From NCBI GenBank assembly GCA_965216545.1, contig OZ244172.1, positions 1,082,607-1,146,606 of the forward strand: a stretch of DNA of 64,000 nt, written 5' to 3'. This DNA is from Bryobacterales bacterium (lineage in GTDB: Bacteria; Acidobacteriota; Terriglobia; Bryobacterales; UBA6623). The notes below the pieces were generated by a model. That model saw only the letters and a program-made list of their open reading frames with translations. It searched no databases and was not told the DNA's origin. The translations under genes and the position numbers were made by a program. Shown one piece after another: positions 57,365 through 64,000 of the stretch; within the stretch, counting starts at the first letter, position 1, and each line of letters opens with the position of its first letter.

Positions 57365-58249
57365 ATGGACGTTCCCGAGCTGGAATCGACGATCGAGCGA
57401 CCGGTTTCGTTGACGGGCGTCGGACTGCACCACGGCGTGGAAGCCACGATGACGCTCGCGCCCGCGCCAGCAGGCTCGGGGATCGTATTCCGCAGGACGG
57501 ATCTGGACGGCTTTGCCATCCGCGCCAACTGGAAGCACGTGGCGCGAGTGAGCTACGCCACGAGCCTGATGCGTCAAGGCGTGCTGCTCTCGACCACCGA
57601 GCACGTGCTGAGCGTGTTGTACGCGATGCAGATCGACAACGCGACGATCGAGATCGACAATCTCGAAGCGCCCATCGCCGACGGCTCGAGCCTGCCGTTC
57701 GTCGAGATGCTCGAGCGCGCGGGGCGCAGGACGCAGCACCGGCCGCGCGAGTACCTGACGATCACGCGCGCAGTCGAGGTGGCGGAGGGGCTCAAGCGCA
57801 TTCGCATCGAGCCTGCGGAGACGCTTTGGCTGCGCTGCGAGACGCATTTCGACCACCCGCTCGTGGGCGCCTCCGCAATGGAGCTCGAGCTGACGCCCGG
57901 GGCCTACGCGGCCCAGATCGCGCCTGCCCGCACATTCGGATTTGAGCGCGACTTGGAGCAGATGCGAGACATGGGCCTGATTCGCGGGGCGACGCTGGAT
58001 TCGGCGGTATGCTTTGCGGACAGCGGGGTCCTGAATCCGGGCGGGCTGCGCTTCGAGGACGAGCCTTGCCGGCACAAAGTGCTCGATCTGATCGGCGACC
58101 TGGCGCTGATCGGCAGGCCTCTTCTGGGGCGTGTGACCGCGGAACGCGCCGGGCACGCCATGCACGCTGCGCTGGTGCGCAAGATCATGTCGGACCCCTC
58201 GTGCTACGAGTTGGTCAGCGGGGCTCGCGCCGCCGTGGGCGTCGCCTGA
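57365..58249 (+). CDS. lpxC: UDP-3-O-acyl-N-acetylglucosamine deacetylase
   Basis: GVGLHHG, GIVFRRTD, TTEHVLS, PIADGSS, IAPARTFG, HKVLDLIGDL, AGHAMH. Confidence 0.97.
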   Translation: MDVPELESTIERPVSLTGVGLHHGVEATMTLAPAPAGSGIVFRRTDLDGFAIRANWKHVARVSYATSLMRQGVLLSTTEHVLSVLYAMQIDNATIEIDNLEAPIADGSSLPFVEMLERAGRRTQHRPREYLTITRAVEVAEGLKRIRIEPAETLWLRCETHFDHPLVGASAMELELTPGAYAAQIAPARTFGFERDLEQMRDMGLIRGATLDSAVCFADSGVLNPGGLRFEDEPCRHKVLDLIGDLALIGRPLLGRVTAERAGHAMHAALVRKIMSDPSCYELVSGARAAVGVA

Positions 58250-58300
58250 CACTTCCGGACATTTCCTCCAACGCCGCGCTTTGCGGCACAATGGTTGCCC

Positions 58301-59632
58301 ATGATCTCCGGCGTTGGGGCGCGGCTAGCCGCGATGATGTTTCTCGAATTCTTCGTCTGGGGGGCGTGGTACGTCACCGCGCCGCTCTACCTGGGCAAGA
58401 TCGGTTTCTCCGGGGCGGACTTTGGGTTGACCTACTCGGTGGGGCCAATCGCGGCGATCCTCTCGCCGCTGTTCGTCGGCATGGTGGCGGACCGCTTCTT
58501 TCCAACGGAGAAGGTGTTGGGGGGGCTGCACATCCTGGGCGGGCTGATCATGTGGAGCTCGACGTTGTTGATGAACCCCGAAGCCCCGGGGTCGCCGACG
58601 ACGATCAACCTGATCTTCTTCGCGCACACGCTGTGCTTCTTCCCCACGCTGGCGCTGACCAACTCGCTGGCGATGCACAACATCCAGGATTCGGAGAAAG
58701 AGTTCCCATTGATCCGCGTCTTCGGCACCATCGGCTGGATCATCGCAGGCGTGACGCTGACTTGGCTTGGCTGGGACGACAAGATCTGGATGTTCCATCT
58801 GACCGGGGCCGCGGGCGTGGCGCAAGGACTGTACTGCCTCACCCTGCCGCACACGCCGCCGCCGGCCAAGGGGCGAAAGGCTTCGGTGCGGGAGCTGCTC
58901 GGCGCCGACGCGATGGTGTTGTTCAAGAACCGCTCGTTCACGGCGTTTATCCTGGCCTCGTTCTTGATCTGCATTCCTCTGGCGTTCTACTACCAGATGG
59001 CGGCGAAGAGCCTGCAGCAGACGGGCGTGGAGGACGTGGCGTTCACGATGTCGTTCGGGCAGATGTCGGAAATCCTGTTCATGCTGCTGATGCCGCTGTT
59101 CTTCAAGCGGTTGGGCGTGAAGTGGATGCTCGCGATCGGCATGCTGGCCTGGGTGGCGCGTTACGCGCTGTTCGCGATGGGCGCGCCGAGCAGCGTGGCC
59201 TGGATGATGATCGGCGGCATTCTGCTGCACGGCATCTGCTACGACTTCTTCTTCGTGACCGGGCAGATCTACACCGATCAAGTGGCGCACAAGGAGATCC
59301 GCTCGCAAGCGCAGGGACTGCTGGCCATGCTCACCCTGGGGCTGGGAATGCTGATCGGCGCCCAAGCGGCGGGGCTGATCGAGGAAGCGTACACGCCTGA
59401 ACAGTCGCGTGCGTTGAGCGCGGAGGTGCTTGAATTGGGGGCGCGGATCTCGCAATCCGGCGAAGGCTCACCCGAGGCCCAGGAGCTGCTGGCAGAGCAG
59501 AGCGAGAAAGCCTTGCGCGCGTTGCAACTGGTGGATTGGCGGATGATTTGGTTGATTCCGGCGGCGCTCGCCGGGGCGATTTTGCTAATGTTCATCGCGG
59601 TCTTCAAGAACCCGAAAGCGTCAGTCGGCTGA
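58301..59632 (+). CDS. MFS nucleoside:H+ symporter family (NupG/XapB-like)
   Basis: MMFLEFFVWGAW, ADRFF, FPLIRVFGTIGWI, GQMSE, LHGICYDFFFVTGQIY. Confidence 0.9.
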   Translation: MISGVGARLAAMMFLEFFVWGAWYVTAPLYLGKIGFSGADFGLTYSVGPIAAILSPLFVGMVADRFFPTEKVLGGLHILGGLIMWSSTLLMNPEAPGSPTTINLIFFAHTLCFFPTLALTNSLAMHNIQDSEKEFPLIRVFGTIGWIIAGVTLTWLGWDDKIWMFHLTGAAGVAQGLYCLTLPHTPPPAKGRKASVRELLGADAMVLFKNRSFTAFILASFLICIPLAFYYQMAAKSLQQTGVEDVAFTMSFGQMSEILFMLLMPLFFKRLGVKWMLAIGMLAWVARYALFAMGAPSSVAWMMIGGILLHGICYDFFFVTGQIYTDQVAHKEIRSQAQGLLAMLTLGLGMLIGAQAAGLIEEAYTPEQSRALSAEVLELGARISQSGEGSPEAQELLAEQSEKALRALQLVDWRMIWLIPAALAGAILLMFIAVFKNPKASVG

Positions 59633-59680
59633 CGGCTGGGCGCAAAGGACGGTTGTTAGACTGAAGGCTCGCCGCCGTCG

Positions 59681-60634
59681 ATGGACTCCCCGCCGCCACC
59701 GTTTTCCGGACGCCCGCTCGGGTTCCCGCCGCGTCCGCCGATGCGCATTCCGGAGCCGAAGATCTGGCTCCACGTCCTGCTGTTCCTGGCGACGGTTTGC
59801 ACGACTTGGTGGGCTTGGCACGTGCACACCACCGGCGGGCGGCTCAACCTGCCCCTACCCATCCTGTGGGCCTTCGCGAAATTGGCGGCGCAGTATTCGT
59901 TCTGGGTCATGGCGATCCTGACGGCGCACGAGCTGGGACACTATTTCGCGGCGCGCTACCACGGGGTGCCGGCGACGCTGCCGTTCTTCATCCCCATGCC
60001 GCTGCCGCCGTTGGGCACGATGGGCGCCGTGATCCGGATGTCGCCCTACATTCCGAACCGTCGGGCGTTGTTCGATATCGCAGTCGCGGGACCGCTCGCC
60101 GGCATGGTGGTGGCCATACCGGTGGTGTTCTATGGGATCAAGAGCGCGAGTTGGGCGCCGGCGCGGAGTCTGGGCGGTATCCAGTTCGGAGACCCGCCGC
60201 TGTTCTTGATCGCCGAGCGCCTGCTGCTGGGCGCGCGCCCGGAAGGCTACGAGATCGTCATCGGTCCCATGGCGTTTGCCGGCTGGGTGGGGCTGTTCGT
60301 CACCGCGCTCAACTTGTTGCCGATGTCGCAGTTGGACGGCGGCCATATCAGCTACGCCGTTTTCGGATGGCGGAGCCGCAAGGTCGCGATGGCGGTCTTT
60401 GCCGCGCTCGGCGCGATGGTGTTCTTCACCGGGCCGACGTTCTTGCTCTTCCTGGGCCTGGCCTGGTTCGTCGGCCTGGGGCACCCGCCGACCATGGACG
60501 ACAGAATCGAGCTGGACGGCAAGCGGCGGGCGCTGGCCGTGCTAGCGCTGGTGATTTTCTTGGTGAGCTTTACGCCCCGTCCGGTCGACCTGACCTGGCA
60601 GACGTTCTTCACGCAGGTTCAAGATTCCTCTTAG
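59681..60634 (+). CDS. Site-2 protease (M50)
   Basis: HELGH, IAVAGP, NLLPMSQLDGGH. Confidence 0.93.
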   Translation: MDSPPPPFSGRPLGFPPRPPMRIPEPKIWLHVLLFLATVCTTWWAWHVHTTGGRLNLPLPILWAFAKLAAQYSFWVMAILTAHELGHYFAARYHGVPATLPFFIPMPLPPLGTMGAVIRMSPYIPNRRALFDIAVAGPLAGMVVAIPVVFYGIKSASWAPARSLGGIQFGDPPLFLIAERLLLGARPEGYEIVIGPMAFAGWVGLFVTALNLLPMSQLDGGHISYAVFGWRSRKVAMAVFAALGAMVFFTGPTFLLFLGLAWFVGLGHPPTMDDRIELDGKRRALAVLALVIFLVSFTPRPVDLTWQTFFTQVQDSS

Positions 60635-60798
60635 CTCCGGGACCGGCTTAGAGAGCTCGCGTCGGCTTTCGGTTGCGGCGACCCGCGGCCCGGCAAGCGC
60701 GGCCGTTTGCGCCCCGGAGAGCCGCGCTATTCTATGCATAGGCGCCTGTATCCCTGGGCGGGGCTCGCGCGTCTAGACCTTCGAGAGAGGCTACCGGA

Positions 60799-61329
60799 AT
60801 GAAACTGGCTCAGACGATCCTTCCCTTGGTTGCAGCGGGCGTTTTTGCGTTCGCGCCAGCGAGAGCCGCGGACGTCCCGCGCGAGGCCGGCCCGCTGTTG
60901 TTCAACACCTACCAGGGCAAGAAGGTCTCGCTCGCCGAGCAAAAGGGCAAAGTCGTGGCCGTGATGTTTTTCTCGACCGATTGCCCGCACTGCCAGACGA
61001 CGGCGACGCTGCTGGCGCCGATCTATTCGCAGTACAAGGCGAAGGGCTTCGAGATCATGGCGCTAGCCGTGAACCCCAGCGCCGCGGCGAACATCGGCGA
61101 GTTCGCGAGCAAATACGGCGTGAAGTTTCCGGTCGGGCTGGCCACGCGCTCGCAATGGACGACCTTCTGCCGCCTGCCGGTGATGGGGACGAACAACTAC
61201 GTGCCGCACATGGTGTTCGTCGACAAGAAGGGAGTGGTGCAGGAAGACCACCCTGGGCTCGACCGGGCCTTTTGGCAGGACCAGGAGAAGCTGATCCGCT
61301 CGGCCATCGAACGCCTGCTCGCCCAGTAG
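60799..61329 (+). CDS. TlpA/ResA-like periplasmic thiol-disulfide oxidoreductase
   Basis: Signal peptide; KGKVVAVMFFSTDCPHC, cis-Pro loop YVPH. Confidence 0.88.
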   Translation: MKLAQTILPLVAAGVFAFAPARAADVPREAGPLLFNTYQGKKVSLAEQKGKVVAVMFFSTDCPHCQTTATLLAPIYSQYKAKGFEIMALAVNPSAAANIGEFASKYGVKFPVGLATRSQWTTFCRLPVMGTNNYVPHMVFVDKKGVVQEDHPGLDRAFWQDQEKLIRSAIERLLAQ

Positions 61330-61344
61330 GCGGCCTGCTCTCCG

Positions 61345-62349
61345 GTGCCTGCATTCGACGCGGAGTCCGATCGGCTGCCCGATTGGGCGCGGCCCTATCG
61401 TCCGTACGCCGCGGGCGGCGATCTCCAGACCATCTTGGCGCGCTATTGGCCCGCGGGCGTGGACGAACGCCGCTGGCCGGCCGAGCAGCGCTATTTCGAC
61501 ACCGAGCCGGGCGTGCGCGTGCTGGCCAAGATCAACGACCAAGGCGGCGAGCGGACGCTGCTGTGCGTGCATGGGCTGACCGCATGCACCGAGGCGCGGT
61601 ACATGCTCACGCTGGCGGCCTTGGCGCTCGAGCGGGGCTGGAACGTGGTGCGGCTGAACGTGCGGAATTGCGGCGGAACCGAGGCGCTGTGTCCAACGCT
61701 GTACCACTCCGGGCTGACCGCGGACCTGCACGACGTCGTCGAGCAACTTGCTCCGCAGCCGCTCTACCTAGCGGGGTTTTCGATGGGCGGCAACATGGCG
61801 TTGAAGTTGGCGGGCGAGTGGAGCGACGCGCCGCCGCCGCACGTGCGGGCGGTGTGCGGGATCTCGGTTCCGATCCGGTTGGCGGCTTGCTCGCGCCGCA
61901 TCGGCGAGCGCCGGAACTTCATCTACGAGAAGCGCTTCCTGCGGCAGCTGCGGGCGACGCTGAGGCTCAAGAAGAAGCTGATGCCGGAGCGGTTCGCCTC
62001 GATCGACGGCGAGGGCGCAGCGTCGATTTGGGACTTCGATGACCAGGTCACCGCGCGGGCCTTCGGGTTTCGAGACGCGGCGCACTACTACGCCGAGGCT
62101 TCCGCGGCGAGCTACGTGGCGAAGGTGCGCACGCCGGCGCTGCTGATTCAGGCCGAAGACGACCCGTTTATCCCGTTTTCGGTGTACGAGGACCGCGAGC
62201 TAGAGAGAAACCCGCAGGTGACGCTGCTACGCAGCCGGACGGGCGGACACGTGGCCTTTCTGGCGCGCACGGGGCATCGATTTTGGGCGGAAGAGCAGGC
62301 GCTGGAGTTCTTCGAGGGACTGGATGACGGCGGCCGTCGCGGCGGGTAG
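61345..62349 (+). CDS. YheT-family alpha/beta hydrolase
   Basis: LQTI, HGLT, RNCGG, LYHSG, GFSMGG, AEDDPF, GGHVAF. Confidence 0.9.
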   Translation: MPAFDAESDRLPDWARPYRPYAAGGDLQTILARYWPAGVDERRWPAEQRYFDTEPGVRVLAKINDQGGERTLLCVHGLTACTEARYMLTLAALALERGWNVVRLNVRNCGGTEALCPTLYHSGLTADLHDVVEQLAPQPLYLAGFSMGGNMALKLAGEWSDAPPPHVRAVCGISVPIRLAACSRRIGERRNFIYEKRFLRQLRATLRLKKKLMPERFASIDGEGAASIWDFDDQVTARAFGFRDAAHYYAEASAASYVAKVRTPALLIQAEDDPFIPFSVYEDRELERNPQVTLLRSRTGGHVAFLARTGHRFWAEEQALEFFEGLDDGGRRGG

Positions 62350-62383
62350 GGCCTGGCCGGGCCGGAGTCTCGGGGAAGCGAGC

Positions 62384-62428
62384 CGTCGCGAAGACTCGCG
62401 ACGCTGCAGGCCTGGCGGCCTACGCCAC
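62384..62428. repeat. Tandem hairpins, the second GTGG-REP-like
   Basis: Perfect CGTCGCGA-agac-TCGCGACG, then minus-strand GTGG-cg-TAGGCC-gcca-GGCCTGC. Confidence 0.45.
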
Positions 62429-62507
62429 GGGGGATCCGAAGCGCCTTCCCTGGGCGACGGAGCGCAGCGCGGACTGCTAGACTTCGAGGAAAGGGGAGCG
62501 CGCGGAA

Positions 62508-62792
62508 ATGGATCTCACCATTCAGCTTTCGCAGCAAAACGAGGCTCGCCTGCGCGAACAGGCCGACGCTGCTGGACTCAGCCTCAACGAGTACGCCAGC
62601 CGACTGCTGATGAGCTGTCTCGCCGCCCCCAATGGCGACGTCGCGCGAGGGGAGTCCGGCAGCAACCTCATCGGGCGTATCGCCGGCCGTTTCCGCGAGC
62701 TGCCCGGCCAGCCCTTCGATGAACCGCGAACGGACGGGGCGAGCCAGCACGACCACTACATCTACGGCGCGCCGAAGAACGAGAGCTCTTGA
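62508..62792 (+). CDS. Putative antitoxin (VapB-like)
   Basis: RHH-like N-terminus (LTIQL...LREQA...GLSLNEY); C-terminal DGASQHDHYIYG; TTGA overlap with the PIN gene. Confidence 0.75.
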   Translation: MDLTIQLSQQNEARLREQADAAGLSLNEYASRLLMSCLAAPNGDVARGESGSNLIGRIAGRFRELPGQPFDEPRTDGASQHDHYIYGAPKNESS

Positions 62793-63202
62793 AGGCGGTA
62801 TTCGCGGACACGTTCTTTTGGATTGCGATCACGGATCCGCGGGATTCCTCGCAACCGGCGGCGCTGCAGTTGATGGCGTCGGTCGGCGACTGCCTGATCG
62901 TGACGACCGACGAAGTGCTGACAGAGCTCCTCGCCTACTTCGCCAAGGCCAAACCCGGCTGGCGGGTTGAGGCGGGCAAGGCCGTTCGCGAGATCCTCGC
63001 CGACTCCTGGGTACGCGTCATTCCGCAGAGCCGCGAGTCCTTCCTCGCCGGCCTCGAACTGTACCTCGAGCGCCCGGACAAGGCCTACAGCCTGACCGAC
63101 TGCATCTCGATGCAGACGATGCGCCGGGAGGGGCTTTCCGAGGCGCTGACCAACGATCGCCACTTCGAGCAGGAAGGCTTCCGGGCGCTTTTTCGTTCTT
63201 GA
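62789..63202 (+). CDS. vapC: PIN-domain toxin (VapC-like)
   Basis: VFADT, VLTE, YSLTDCIS, LTNDRHFEQEGF acidic tetrad. Confidence 0.9.
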   Translation: MKAVFADTFFWIAITDPRDSSQPAALQLMASVGDCLIVTTDEVLTELLAYFAKAKPGWRVEAGKAVREILADSWVRVIPQSRESFLAGLELYLERPDKAYSLTDCISMQTMRREGLSEALTNDRHFEQEGFRALFRS

Positions 63203-63378
63203 AAACAAAGGTGTTTTCCCGCCCGCGCGGCCCGTACAGGCTCGAGGACGGGGGAAGTCCGGCCGGGGAGCGCGCAGCGCTTGTACCCGTCGATTGCCGG
63301 GTGCTACGCTGTTGAGTTTGGGCGTGCTCACCGGCGCCTCCGGCCTCCCGTGAGGGGGCAGAGGGGATTTGCACATTT

Positions 63379-64000
63379 ATGGATCGCATTGTCGACTTGG
63401 TTCGCAAGAAGCGTGACGGCGAGGAGCTCAACCTCGAAGAGCTGGAGCGCCTGGTCAACGGCTACACGCGCGGCGAGATTCCGGAATACCAGATGGCGGC
63501 GTTCCTGATGGCCGGCTGCTGCAACGAGCTCAACGAAGCAGAAGCGGCCTCGCTCACCTCCGCCATGTTGCGCTGCGGCCAACGCATCGCGCTCGACGAC
63601 ATCGACAAGCCGCTCGTCGACTGCCATTCGACCGGCGGGGTGGGCGACAAAGTCGGGCTGGTGGCGGCCGTCATCGCGGCGGCCTGCGGGCTGGCGGTGC
63701 CGCGCATCGTGGAACCGGGCATCGGCCACACCGGCGGATCGCTCGACAAGCTGCGGTCGATACCGGGTTTCCGCACCAGCCTGAGCAAGGACGAGCTGGA
63801 GGACTTGGTGCGGCGCCACGGCATCGCATTCGCCGAGCAGAGCAACGAGCTCGCGCCGGCCGACAAGAAGCTCTACTCGTTGCGCGACGCCACCGCGACA
63901 GTCGACTCGCTGGCGCTCATCGCCGCCTCGACGCTGTCGAAGAAGATGGCCGAGGGCATCGAAGCGCTGGTGCTCGACGTGAAGGTGGGCCGGGGCTCGC
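63379..64000 (+). CDS. Pyrimidine-nucleoside/thymidine phosphorylase-family protein (partial, divergent)
   Basis: Not in the ORF track because it has no stop in the window. Hand translation: MDRIVDLVRKKRDGEEL...YQMAAFLMA...VDCHSTGGVGDK...GHTGGSLDKL..IPGF...APADKKLYSLRD...SKKMAEG..LVLDVKVG. Confidence 0.9.
   Translation, partial: MDRIVDLVRKKRDGEELNLEELERLVNGYTRGEIPEYQMAAFLMAGCCNELNEAEAASLTSAMLRCGQRIALDDIDKPLVDCHSTGGVGDKVGLVAAVIAAACGLAVPRIVEPGIGHTGGSLDKLRSIPGFRTSLSKDELEDLVRRHGIAFAEQSNELAPADKKLYSLRDATATVDSLALIAASTLSKKMAEGIEALVLDVKVGRGS

Noticed and set aside
60635-60798. GC-rich partial inverted repeats and a CTATGCATAG palindrome before the TlpA-like gene
   Set aside because: The pairings are short and expected by chance at this GC content.

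Overview
This is a high-GC, gene-dense chromosomal window of about 54 CDS (two cut by the window edges). It is most consistent with Acidobacteriota of the Bryobacterales/Solibacter type; this is inferred from a TIGR03437-like domain, a cytochrome c-fused PQQ-type quinoprotein, a DUF1549/DUF1553-DUF1501 pair and several PQQ-like beta-propellers. I saw no tRNA, rRNA, CRISPR array, integrase or transposase. Housekeeping genes include acnA, lexA, rnc, lpxC, ccmC/ccmD and a partial pyrimidine-nucleoside phosphorylase-like gene. The best candidate for an uncharacterised system is a tightly coupled 8-9 gene minus-strand operon (6468-21059). It encodes DUF4159, a vWA/GATase-like membrane protein, a caspase-fold protein with Ser in place of the catalytic Cys, a TPR-HExxH metallopeptidase, a MoxR AAA+ ATPase, DUF58, BatA-vWA and a 1319-aa coiled-coil protein with glutenin-like Gln/Gly repeats. 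Other signals: a lexA promoter carrying a GAAC-N7-GAAA box and an inverted repeat over the -10; a phosphorylase with a degenerate phosphate site; a diheme quinoprotein with a D-x-D motif; a REPIN-like palindromic element; many near-leaderless starts; TAG as the commonest stop codon; and two type II toxin-antitoxin modules. All family calls come from motif recognition by eye, not from database searches.
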